A stretch of 64,000 nt of DNA from Scenedesmus sp. PABB004 (lineage: Eukaryota): positions 930,001-994,000 of the forward strand of contig JABVCE010000005.1 of NCBI GenBank assembly GCA_014905635.1, in the 5' to 3' direction. The notes under the pieces are model-generated. The model was not told the DNA's origin and ran no database searches. It was given only the letters and a program-made list of their open reading frames with translations. This document shows, in pieces, positions 21,097 through 37,488 of this stretch (position 1 is its first letter; every line of letters begins with the position of its first letter). The translations under genes and the position numbers were made by a program.

Positions 21097-22617
21097 GCGG
21101 CGGCGGCGGCGGCGGCGCGCGCTGCTCAGCGCCGCCGGCCGCCCCGCGCCAGCCCAGATTGGCCGGTGCGCCAGCCGCGCCAGCCGCGGCGGCCAGGCCC
21201 CCCCCCCCCCCCCACCCACCACCCACCACCCACCTCCAGGTGCGAGGGGTTGGGCGCGATCGACACCGCCACCGGCGTGCGCTCCGGGCCGACGCGCACG
21301 ACGCCCGACTGGCCTGCGCGTGCGCGGGGCAGAGGCGGGCCTCGCGCCTCGGACCGCGCGCACGCGCGTGCGCGACGCGCCGCCGCCGCCGGTTTGGGGT
21401 TTAGCAGCCGCAGCGCCCTGCCGCCGCCGCGCGCCGCACCGAGGTGGTACTTCACGTCCCCCACGCGCCACGCGCTCTGCTGGCCCTCCATCTCGGTGCA
21501 CAGCGCGCCGAGGGGCTTGCCCAGCAGGTTGACGAGCAGGCTCAGCCGCCCCCGGTGCGCCGCGGCGACCTCCACCTTGCGCAGCCCGCCGGCCGCGCCG
21601 GCCTCGACGAGCGCGAGCAGCCCCGGCAGCAGCGCCTCGCAGCCCTCGAGCCCGAAGCGCTTGCTCGCGGGGTACTTGCGAGAAAGGAACTGCTCAAAGC
21701 CCTGCGCCGCGAGCAGCCAGCGCAGGACCTGGCGCTTCGCGCGCGGCCCGAGCGGGCGGCGCGACTCGAAGCGCGCCTCCATCCACTCGACCTCGTCCTG
21801 CTGCTGCAGGTGCTTGTGCTCCAACGCGAGGCGGCCGCAGTAGGCGGTGCTCATCACCTCGACGGCCTCGTGCGCCGCCCACAGGCGCTTCGCGGGCGCG
21901 CCGTCCGCACCGCCTGCGGCAGGCGCGCGCGCGCGCGGGCCTCGGCGCGGCGCCGGCGGCGGCGGCGGCGTGCCGAGGGCGTGCGCCGCAGCCCCGACTG
22001 CCCCCCGCCCTCCCTCAGCCCCTGCCACGCTGCGCGGCAGCACGCACGGGGCATGAGCGACCCGACCGCGAACAGCCGCTCCGGGTCGGCCGGCCCCGCG
22101 AGGCCGAGCTGCGCCGCGACAAACGCGCAGCGCTGCGCCGCCGGCGCGCCCCAGGGGTAGCCGGTGACCAGGCGCACGAGCGTGGCGTCGCTCCGCGTGT
22201 ACTCGCCGCCCACGGGCCCCAGCCACGGCCCCACCGCGGCGCGGCGCAGCGGGTCGAGCTGCGCCACGAGGTGCCCGCGCGAGCGGAACCTGCGCGGCGG
22301 CGGCGGGTCGGGCGCAGCGCAGCCAGCGCGGGCGGCAGGCGCCGGCGCCCGCGCCTGTGGATGTAGGCAGCCAGCTTCAGCGAGTCCTCCACCTCCAGCT
22401 GGTGCGGCAGCTGCTGCTGCTGCGCCCCGCCGCGCGCCGCGGCAGCCACGTCCGCCGCCGACGCGCCGCCGCTGCTGCCGAACGCCCGAACGCCCGCACG
22501 CCCGCCGTGCCGCTGCTGCACCACCGCGCTGGCGAGGCCGAGCTGCTGGCACAGCGCCGGGACGAGCAGGCGCAGCTGCCGCATGGCCGCGCAGCTCGCG
22601 ACTTTCGCGAGCGCCAT
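16668..22617 (-). CDS. OGDH: 2-oxoglutarate dehydrogenase E1-family protein (mitochondrial), about 20 introns
   Basis: Motifs [49 protein letters not shown], the TPP motif [10 protein letters not shown]...[62 protein letters not shown] and [12 protein letters not shown]. The N-terminus resembles a mitochondrial presequence. Confidence 0.93.
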
Positions 22618-22908
22618 CGCGCGCGGAGCCCGCTGCGGGCTCGGGTTGAGTTGGCTATAACGAGCGGCTCACAAGCGCCATCGTTGCGGCGTGCCTGCTC
22701 CGCTGCCGCCGCTGCGGCAGCGCGGCGCTGCTGCCGGCGCCGGCGGTGGCTGCCGTCCTGGAAAGCGTGACGCACAGGCAGGGAATGTCAGCAGCAGGCA
22801 TCCCGGGCCGCACGCCCCGGGGCGGCGGCGGCGCCGCGGCGGCGGTGCAAGGCGCGGGCGAGCCCAGGCGGCCGAGCCCCGGCATCGCGCGCGCTCCCGG
22901 AGCTTAGA

Positions 22909-22913
22909 TTACA
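22909..22913 (-). terminator. TGTAA poly(A) signal, probably of the XRI1-like gene
   Basis: ttaca on the + strand, about 1 kb downstream of the stop at 23975. Confidence 0.45.
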
Positions 22914-23974
22914 GAGGATTCAAGCATCACCACCCGGCCTGGCATATTACGACGCCCGCCGCCCACCCGTAGTGATCATGCTGTGGTCGTCAGCCGCACG
23001 CGCACGCCGTCGCTCGTCAAGACTCGACACGAGTGTGTCCCGGGTGCCCCCCGCGCCCCCGTCCCCCACGTCACACGCAGCAGTCCAGCAGCAGCACTTT
23101 CCAGCGCCGTGACAGTGAGCCGGGGCCGCAGCAGCAGCGGCACCAAGCAATCGGGCCGCGACCAGGCGAGCCGCCGCTGAGCGGGCAGCGGCCAGCCCCG
23201 CCGCCCGCGGCCGCGATGGCAGGCCGGGGCGTGGGCGCGCTGGCTGGCCGCCGCCGTGAGGAGAGCCCCCCCCCCTCCTCCACCCACAGCACGCGCGCGC
23301 GCGCGCTACCCCACGGCGCGCGCCGCGTGCTCGAACCACAGGCACCACCACCACCACCCAACTCGGTTGAGGTCAATCAATCTTCGCAGCCCGCCGGACG
23401 GCCGGTAGGTAACTCGCGCACGCGGCGCCCGCGCGCGGCGCACGCCACGCGCGGGGGCGGCGGCAGCACACACGGCTTGGAGAGCGCAAGGTACGACAAA
23501 CACACAGGGCACGGGCCGCCTTGCAAGCTCAGTGCGTCGCACGCCGGGCGGGGCGCGCACGCGCCCCGCCCGCGGCCAGGAAGAGACGGGGTGTGCGTTG
23601 AGGGGTCGACGGTGCTGCAGCAAAGAGCAGGGTCGTGCTGCGGCAGGGGGCACGGCGAGGGATGACGGGAGCGCGCGCGGCTCCGCGGAGGGTGAGGTGA
23701 GGTGGTGGGGAATGAGGCATCGTGAGTTGGTGAAGAATGACGCAGTGCTCCCGACGCAGTCGGTGCAGTGCCAGTGCCAGTGCGCGGGCGCGTCGCTGCG
23801 CCAGCCCCCCTGCACAGGCTTGGCGGCGGCGCGCCACAAAAAAACTGATCGAACGCGGCGCGCAGCCGCGCCTGCAGTGCTGCCGTGCCCGCGGCTGTTT
23901 CATTCCCGGTCGGCCGACGCCCCCATCGGCCGACGCCCCCGCTTGATTGCGCTGCCGCTGCTCCCCCGGCTGTC

Positions 23975-25229
23975 TCACACCATCTTGCAGCTGCTGCGGA
24001 TCTTGGCGTTGAGCTCCAGCAGCGAGAGGCCGCCGCCGAGGCTGTAGTTCTGCGCGGCGGGGGGCCGGCGGCGGCGAGCCGCGCGGCCGCGGGCGGTGAG
24101 TGCGGGCGGCGCGGCCCCCGGCACGGCGCCGACGCCCCGACTCAGCCCCCTGCCGCCCCGGCTGCCCGCCCCCTGCTGCCCGCCCCCTGCTGCCCGCCCC
24201 CTGCTGCCTGCCACCGCGCACTGCCGCCGCCGCCGCCGCGCTGCTGCCCGCCGCAGGCGCCGCCTCACCTTGACCGCATCAAACGGCTGCAGCACGCCCG
24301 ACCACGCGGCCGGCCCCTCCACCGCGACGCGGCTGCGCTTCTTTGGCCCCGCGGCGCGGCTGGCCCCGGAGCTGGCCGCGAGCACGCGGCGGGCGCGCGA
24401 CTTGGAGGCGCGCGCGCGGGGGTGGCGCGCTGCGGGGGCGGAGCAGCAGCGGCGGCGGCGGCGGGGCGGCATGAGGCGCTGCTCGGATGGCCGCCAGATT
24501 GTGAAGTCGAGCTCCCCAAGGTGGCAGGAGGTCCCCGAGCCCGGCGGCAGCGCCGGGCGGGCGCCCGCGGCCCGGGTGCAGCAGCGCGCAGCAACGGGTG
24601 ATGGCGGCCGCCGCGCCGGCCCCGGGGGAGCCCGCGGCGCGCCGCGCCGCTCGCGGCGCGCGTCTCGGCTCACCCTGGCCCTCCTCCTCGCTGCCGGAGG
24701 TCGCGGAGGCGTCGCTGGTGTCCGCGGAGCTGGTGCCCCAGGCCGCGCAGGCGTCCAGGGGCACCGTCACCGCGGGCCCCGCCTCGGAGAAGCAGGAGCC
24801 GCGCAGGGCGCGCTCCAGGTCGAGGCCGCCTGGGCGCGCGGGGCGGCGCGCGGGGGCGGCGTCGAGAGAGCGCCACGCACGCTTCCAGGGCCGCCCCCGC
24901 CGCCCCTCGCGCCCCGCGCGCCGCTGCGGCGCGCCACGCACGCTCAGGGCAGGCGCACCAACCGAGATCGCGCGGGCTGGTCAGCCCGCCCGCAAAGGCG
25001 GCGCCGGGGGAGGGCGGCGATGGCGGGCCGTGCGCCGCGAGGCAGTCTGCGGGCGGACGGCGCGCTCAGCGGCGGCGCGGCCGCCCGTAGGCCGCCTTGA
25101 GGCGCGCAGCGCGCGTGGCGCACCATACTCGCTGAACACGACGTCCAGCGGCTTGGCCAGCGAGTCCGCTCGCTCCTGCAGCAGCGCCTCCGCCAGCCCG
25201 GGCGCCCAGCCGCCCGCAAAGGCCTCCAT
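23975..25229 (-). CDS. Small Ser/acidic protein with a C-terminal XRI1-like motif
   Basis: ATG at 25229 (MEAFAGGWAPGLAEALLQERADSLAKPLDVVFSEYG), three GT-AG introns. It ends ...GVLQPFDAVK|NYSLGGGLSLLELNAKIRSSCKMV*, similar to the YPF-x-x-VKP-x-G-x-x-G-x-x-TL-x-DIN-x-RI motif of plant XRI1. Confidence 0.6.
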
Positions 25230-25449
25230 GCCTCCTACGATACGCGTGGGAGCCGGGAGCGGGCGCGGCGGTGGCGCGCGCGCTGGGGCAGTGTCGATGG
25301 CGCGAGCTGCAGCGCGCGGCGAGAGCGAGGGGCGTGGCGCGATCGCGAGCAGCGCTGTGTGTGGGCGGCGGGATGTCGGGCGACCACGGCCGAGCTGGGC
25401 GTCATGCCGGGGCTCAGGGTTCGGCGGTCCCCGCCGCCGCGCTTCACGA

Positions 25450-28400
25450 TCACGCCCGCGCCCACACCGCGCGCAGGCTGTCCGCCAGCAGGGCCACCCG
25501 CTCCTGCGCCTGCGGCGGCGGCGGCATCGGCGTGAGCGCGCCGCCCGTGCGACTCGTCCCGTGCGCGCGCCGGCCGCGCCAGGCCGGCCGACCTGCACGT
25601 CCTCGGCCGCGGGGCAGCAGCGCAGCGCGTCCAGCAGCGCCGCCTGCAGCTCGGCGGGCAGCTCCGGCTGGCCCGCGTCCTCGTCGGCGAGCCGCCAGAG
25701 CCAGGGCAGCACGCGGTGCAGCATGACCCCCTCCTGCGAGCGGGGCGCCCGCGCGCTTGCAGGACGCGCGCGGCGCCGCCACCGCGCACAGGGGCGCGCG
25801 CGTCCTGCAAGCGCGCCGCCGCCGCCGCCGCAGCCGCCACACCCGGACGTTCTTGATGAACACGCCCAGCAGCTCCACGGCGGTGCGCTGCCGCAGCGCG
25901 CCCCACACGGGGCCGGTCTTCTGGGCGAGGCGCATGAGGTGCACCACGCCCTGGCCCGCGGCCGCGGCGTACGCGGCGTCGATGTCGCCCGGTGTCGCGA
26001 CGCCGCCGCCGGCCGAGGTCGGCGTCGGCGCGCCGCTGCAGCTGCGGTGCCCGCCGCCGAGCGCGTCGAGCACCGACAGCCCCGGCCGCCGCGCGCCGGC
26101 GCCGCTGGGCGTGCTCCAGTCCTCCGAGCGCACAAGCCGGTCCAGCGCTGCGCCTGGGTCGGTGCTGTCGAGCGGCGGCCGCGGCGCCAGAGGCGGCGCC
26201 GCGGCGGCGGGCGTGCGCTCCGCGGCCAGCGCGGCGGCGGCGGCGGCGGCCGCCGCCGCTGCCGCTGCCGCGCCGCCGCCCATGCTGCTGCTCCTGCCGG
26301 CGCCGCCCAGCAGCCGGCTGGGCGAGCCCGGCCCCAGGGGCTGCGAGGGAAACGAGCTGCCGTGCCCTGCGGCGGCGCCGGCGCGCTGCGCCAGCTCCAG
26401 CAGGCCCACGCGCTCCTGCAGCGCGGCCAGGCTCGTGGGCAGGCCTGACGCGAGCGCGCCTTCGAGCTGCGCGACCCTGGCCGCCAGGCTCGCCGCCGCG
26501 TGCTGGTCGCGCGCTGCCTGCGCCTGGCAGAGCGCGAGCTGCTGCTGCAGCTGCTGCCACTCCTGCTGCGAGGGGCCGGCCCATGATGAAGCAGGCTGCT
26601 GCTGCGCGCCTGCAGGGCGGGGCGGTCGGCGGGCGCCGTCGTTTTAGGGGGGCGGGGCGCTGCGGCGCGCACCCACACGCGCGCGGCTGGTCGCCGTGGC
26701 GCGCCCACCTGTCGCGCTCGCCACCCGCGCCCTGGTGCTCGCCTGCCGGCTGGGCCGCGCGCTGCCGGCCAGCGAGCGCGCGGGGGACGGGGACGTCGCC
26801 GAGCCGGCGCCCTGCTGCTGCGACGCCGGGGCCTCCTCGCTGCCGCCCGCGGTGATGCGCTCGGGCTGCGGCGCGTCCGACGCGGCCGGGACCTCGAGCG
26901 CCACCAGGCTGTGGCTGCTCTGCCGCTTGACCGCCGGCTGCTCCGCTGTGGCCCGCCTGCTGCACGCGGCGCTGCCGGGCCGGCTCGCCGGCAGGCTGCC
27001 GGGCCGGCTGGGCGGCCTGCTGCATGGCGCCGCGCCGCTGCTGTGCGACCACTGGCGCCGCGGCTGCGGCGGCGCAGTCGGCGCGGCCGCCCCGATCGCC
27101 GCCGCCGCAGGCTGCTCCTCGCCAGCCTGGCTGCTCGCCTCTGACGCCCCCGCCTCGCCGCCGTCGCTGCCGGCCTCGCCGGCGTCGCCCCGCTCGCACG
27201 CCAGCTGCACCGCGCTGCTGCCAGGCTCGGCGACCACGTCGGCGCGCGCCGCCGCGAGGTGGAAGCGCCGACTTATGGGTGATCCCCGCAGGCCCGCCAG
27301 CGAGCGGCGCTCGCCGAGGTCGGCGCTGCCCGGGCGCGAGGGGCTCGCCGCCGCCCTCGCGGGGCTGAGCGGGCCTGCGGCGGGCGGGCGTGCGCGGCGA
27401 GTGGCGCGGGGGCCCCTCGTCCGCACCGCCGGCAGGGGCAGCAGGCAGCGCGACCGGCGCCCCGCACCTGCGTAGGGCGCGTGGCTGTTGACCCACGCCG
27501 GCCAGTCGCCCTCGGGCCCTGCCTCGGCCACAAAGCGGTGCAGCTCCTGCACGAGCCCCGCCGCGTCGCGCGCCGCGTCACGCGCCTCCTTGACCTGCGG
27601 GGGCGGCGCCGCGCCCGGGGCGTCGGCGGCGGCCGCCCGGCGAGCCGGCCGGGCCGCGCGCGCGGGCCGGCGGCGGCGGCCGCGCGGCGCGCCTTGTCGA
27701 AGCGGGAGGCCTCCAGCGCCTCCAGGCAGCGTTGCGTGAGCGAGGCCGGGTCGCCCAGCGCCCAGCAGCCCTCCGGCTCGAGCGCCGGCCCAAGCAGCAG
27801 CACCGCCGCGCGCACCGCGTCCGCCGCCGCGCGCCGCACCGCCCAGTCCTTAGCGGCGAGGCAGCCGAGCAGGCCGCTGCCGGCGGCGCTGGCCTCGTGG
27901 CTCGCGGAGCTGCGCCGCGCGCCGGCGGGCTGTCCGACCAGGTGGCCAAGCACGGGCGCGAACGCCGGCGCGCCTGCCTTGAGCAGCCCCACGGGCGATC
28001 GGGTCTCCGGGTCGGTGCTGGCGACCGCCGCGAGCAGGCTGGCGGTGCCCTGGAACGTCGGCGAGCGCAGCAGGCGCAGGACGACCTTGACCAGCTCCCG
28101 GTCGAGCGGCCCGAGGACCGGCGCGACCTGGCGGCGGCAGCAGGACGCCGCGCGGCCGATGGCCAGGTGCGTCAGTCAACCACGGCAGTTGATCGACGGC
28201 GGCGGTCAGCGGCGGTCAGCTGTGCGCAGCCCCCTCCCCCCGTCTCCCCGCCCCCCGTCGGCCTCACCATGAGCAGCGCCTGGCTCGCGCCCATCTGGCC
28301 CTCGCGCTTCTGCTCGCCCAGGACGTCAAAGATCGCCCGCACCACGGGGCAGGACGTGCTGCCCGGCAGCGCGCCGCCGCCCGCCTCGGCGAGCGCCCAG

Positions 28401-29043
28401 GTGTACGTGGCGAGCGCCTCGCACGCGGCGTCGCGCACCAGGCCGTCCGCGTCCTGCGCGCGCGCGCACGGGCGCGCGCGGGGCGTCAGCGGCGACGCCG
28501 GCGCGGCCGGGCAACGCGGCAGCCGCGGCGGCGGCGCGCCTGCAGCTGCTTGCGGAGGTGCGCGAGGATCTTGACCAGGGCCGGGCCCGCGAGCGCGGCG
28601 TCCGCCACGGGGCAGCTGGCCAGCGGCAGCTGCGCCAGCGCGCGGATGCACTCCTGCGGGCGGCGGCGGCGCGGCGCGGCGTGGGCAGGCGCGGGGGCGA
28701 AGGCCCGCAGTAAGGCGCGCGCGCTGCTGTCGCGCCTTTTTGGCGAACGGCTTGGGCTCCCAGCCCGCGCTGCATATGGCCTGCACCAGGGCGGTGAGGC
28801 CGTCCAGATCCAGGCCCTGGTGCGGGGAGCAGGTCAGCGCGCGCGCCGCGGGCGGTCCGCGCGAGCAGCGGCGCGCCGCGCCAACCGCCGCGCCCGCACC
28901 CGCACGATCGCCGCCAGCTCCTCCCCAGCCGCGCGCAGCGTGGACTTGTCGTTCAGCCGCGTGAGCGCCTGCAGCAGGCGCGCCTTCTCCTGCCCGGGCG
29001 CGGGGCCGGCGGTCGCCCGGCCGCCACGCGCCGCGCTCGCCAT
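25450..29043 (-). CDS. TORTIFOLIA1/SPIRAL2-like HEAT-repeat microtubule-associated protein
   Basis: EKARLLQALTRLNDKSTLRAAGEEL, KPFAKK|ECIRAL, LVKILAHLRKQLQ|DADGLVRDAACEAL, CLAAKDWAVRRAAA, LEASRFDK|VKEARDA; central coiled coil; C-terminal GDIDAAY...LMRLAQKTGPVWGAL. Confidence 0.8.
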
Positions 29044-29195
29044 GGCGCCCCGAGGATGGAGGCTGCTCGAGTGTGGTGGCGCGGGGCGTGGGGGTGCGGC
29101 GAAGGGCGCGGCGGCTCGTCGCGCGGTTGAAAAGCCGTCGCGACAGCTGGTTCGGGCGTCCGCGCGCGTGCAGTGATCGTCCAGCGCTCGCCCAG

Positions 29196-29200
29196 TTACA
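29196..29200 (-). terminator. TGTAA poly(A) signal of MCM6
   Basis: ttaca about 80 nt downstream of the MCM6 stop codon. Confidence 0.55.
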
Positions 29201-29277
29201 GAGAGCCCGCCGCCGCCGGTGCACTGTACACGCGCCCGCCCCGCCCGCCCAGCGCTGGCCGCCGCCGCGCGCCGCGC

Positions 29278-34131
<4,854 letters not shown>

Positions 34132-34360
34132 GGTGGCGCGCACGCCTCGGGGTCGCGGGGGACCGGGACGCGCGGTGGACGCCGGCCGGCGGGGCGCGGG
34201 GCACGCGGCGCGCCGCGGGGGCGGGCAGCAGCAGGGGCCGGCAGCAGCAGGGCGCGGGGGCGGGCGCGCGGGGCGCGGGCTGTGGCTCGGGGCGCCAGGC
34301 GCGCCGCGGCGTGCGGAGATCGGGCGGCGCCGGGCCTCGGGCGCAGCGCAGCAAAAGCGC

Positions 34361-34368
34361 GCGGGAAA
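34361..34368 (-). promoter_or_regulatory. Canonical E2F site TTTCCCGC upstream of MCM6
   Basis: gcgggaaa on the + strand, ~230 bp upstream of the MCM6 ATG, with a second TTTCGCGG at ~34407. MCM genes are classical E2F/DP targets. Confidence 0.6.
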
Positions 34369-35042
34369 TTGAACGCGCAAGTGACAACCGCCTCCCCGCT
34401 CTGCCGTTTCGCGGCGTTGTGCGTGTGGGAGCGCTGATTCGGGGGCCCAGGAGTGCGGAAGGCGGCCCGCGCCCAGCAGCAGCTCACCCCCGCGAGCGCC
34501 CGGCAGCGGCGGTGGCCGCGCGAGCGCGTCGCGAGCAGCCAGCCTGGCCGGCAGCGAGTCGGGGCTGCGGAGCGCCACCGCCGCGGGTTGCCAGCGCGCC
34601 TCTAGGGGCGCTGCGCGCTGCACCAGCCGCCGCGCCGCAGCTGGCTGGTGGCGCCCCGCAAGGGCGGCTGCTCGCGGCGGCGCGCGGCGCTGCCCCCGAG
34701 CTTCCCGCCAGCGCTGCCCCGAGCTCGCCCGGTCGCAGCGCGCCAGGCGCCGAGCTGCCGCCGCGCGCGCAGGCGCCGCCGCCCGCGCGCGGCGCGGGCC
34801 GCCGCCGCCCGCCGGTGGCGGCGCGCCCGGCCGGCGCGCGGCGCGCCCAGAGGTCCGCAACGACGCGGCGGCTGCAATCGCGGCCGCCAGCGCAGCTGGG
34901 GGCGACGTTTTGGCTGCGATCTCAGCGAAGTAACACTGGTAGACCGCGCCCCGGTCAGGCCCGACCCCCACGCGCCCCGCCGCGCTTCCCCAGCCCGCAA
35001 TTCGCCCCGCCCGCCCCGCCCCTGCCCCGCGATCCGAGCACC

Positions 35043-36739
35043 ATGGCCGCCGTCGCGCAGAAGGCCTTCGCGGGCAAGCAGCTGGCGCGCGCGGGCGCGG
35101 TGCGCCCCGCCGCCAGCCGCAGCGCCGTGAAGGCGTTTGCTGCCGCCGACCGCAAGCTCTGGGCGCCCACCGTGGAGGCGCCGGGCTACCTCAACGGCGA
35201 GCTGGCCGGCGACTATGGTGCGCCCCCGCCCGCGCCCGCGCGCCGCCCTGGGCGGCCGGGGCGGGCCTCACCAGCTGCCTCGCACCCGCAGGCTTCGACC
35301 CCATGGGCCTGGGCGCCGACCCGGTGGCGCTGAAGTGGTGCGCGCCCGGGGGCCGCATTGATGGCCCGCGCAGCCCCGCGCGCGCCGCGATCTGCGCCCC
35401 GCGCCCGCCGGTCGCGGCGGGGGCGCCGGGAGCTCGCGCCTCACACGCGCCCGGCGGCACGCTGCGCAGGTACCGCCAGAGCGAGCTGGTGCACGCGCGC
35501 TGGGCGATGCTGGGCGTGGCCGGCGTGCTGGGCCAGGAGATCCTGCGCCCGGACGTGTTCTGGTACGAGGCGGGCCTGCCCCAGAACCTGCCGGGGCCCT
35601 TCCAGAACATCAACATGGGCGGCCTGCTGGCGTGGGAGTTCCTGCTGATGCACTGGGTCGAGGTCCGCAGGTGGCAGGACTACAAGAACTTCGGCTCGGT
35701 CAACGAGGTGCGCCAAGCGCGCGCGAGCGCGGGCGGGGACGAGCCGTCTGCCTGTGGGCTGGCTGGCGCCGCCGCGCGGCGCGGGACGAGGCGCAGCAGG
35801 CCGCGCGGCGCAGCACAGGCCGCGCGCCAGGCGACAGCGCGCGGGCGGGCCGGCCGGCGGGGCGCGCCCTGGCCGGCCGCGGGGCGGCAGCTGCTCGGCG
35901 GCGGCTGCGGCGGCGCAGCGCACGACTGGCAGCTCCGCAGCGCTGCAGCCAGCCAGCGCGGCGGGGAGCTGGTGGCGGCCAGCTGCGCTGTCGCAGCTGC
36001 CGCTGGGCTGCGCGGCTGCAGCGGCAGCGCAGCCGGCAGCAGAGCGTCGGCGATGCATCCGATGCGTCGCCGACGCCGGCCGCGGCCAGCGCCCAGCCGC
36101 GGCCAGCGCCAGCCGCAGCGCCCGGGCGCGGCGCGGCGCCGCCGCGGCGGCCGCGCAGCGCGCGCACGCGCGGCGGCCGCGCGGCCGCGCGCTCTCACGC
36201 GCGCCGCGCCGCCCGGCCCACCCCGCCGCAGGACCCCATCTTCAAGGGCAACAAGGTGCCCAACCCCGAGATGGGCTACCCCGGCGGCATCTTTGACCCG
36301 CTCGGCTTCAGCAAGGGCAACTTCAAGGAGCTGCAGACCAAGGAGATCAAGAACGGCCGCATCGCGATGATCGCGTTCATGGCCTTCGTGGTGCAGGTGC
36401 GCGGCCCGCCCGGCAGCAAGCGGCCGCCCGGCCGGCCCAGCCGGCCCAGCCGGCGCGCCGCCAGCACGCCCGCGCGCGGGCCAATCCACGGCCGAGCCGC
36501 CGGCCGGGCTCGTGCTCGGCGCCGCGCTCACGCGCCGGCGCCCGCCGCGCCCGCCCGCGCCCGCCGCGCAGGCCCAGGCCACGGGCAAGGGCCCGCTGGC
36601 GTGCCTGGCGGAGCACCTGAGCAACCCCGGGTCCAACAACTGGATCTCCAACATCAACCACTGCGTGACGCCGAGCAGCGTGGACGTGCAGGGCGTGACC
36701 ATCCCGCTCACCTGCCTCTGGCCCGCGCCCAACCACTAA
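35043..36739 (+). CDS. LHCA5: Photosystem I light-harvesting chlorophyll a/b protein Lhca5
   Basis: Exons 35043-35217, 35292-35337, 35470-35707, 36232-36396 and 36572-36739. [77 protein letters not shown] and [15 protein letters not shown] match Chlamydomonas-type Lhca5. Confidence 0.93.
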
Positions 36740-37488
36740 GCGCGCACACGGCGCGCACCGCGCGCGGGCCGCCCCTGCGGCATGTGTTTGCGTGTGAGCG
36801 GCGCGCGCGAGCGCGCGCGCGCGCGCCGAGGCGCCGCCGTGGGCGGCGGGGGGGAGGGCCGCCGCGCCGCCCGGCGCGCTTTTCTGCGCGGCGGCGCCGG
36901 CGCGCGCGTGGCGAGCGGAGTCTGCAGCAGCAGCAGCTGGCGGCGTGTTGTCTGAGCGGCGCGCCGCGCGCGCGCGTGTATACACACAGTGTGGTAGCGA
37001 GGTCGGGCGTGTGCGACGGGGTCTGGCTGGGGAGCGGGGTGGGCTGGGCTGGCTGGGGGCTGCCCGCGCCGGCCGCTGCGCGAGCGGCCGGGCGCCGGCG
37101 GCGGCGGGGCTGTTGCGTGCAACGCACCGCACCGCGCTCGTCCGAGGCAAGAGGCAGGAGTCCGAGCCTCGCGGCCCCGCCGCGAGGCTGCCGCGGCCCC
37201 GCCGCGGCAGCCTGGCGGCGCGCCGCGGCCAGCACGCGCGGCCAGCCCGCTGAGCGCACGGGCCGTGCGCGGTGCCCGAGGGCCTCCGGGGCAGCTGGGC
37301 GCGCAGGCGCGCGCCCGTGGTACTCGCTGGTACTCGGGCGCGGTCCTGCCCTCGCCGCGCGCTGCCCCCAGGCCGCCGCTTCCCGCCCACACAGCGCACG
37401 TCGGTCACGGTCGATCCCGCGGTCCGGGCGCGCGGCCAGGCGCTGGCTTCGATGCCCCACCACCGCGGGTCGCCGTGAGTCCGCCGTG

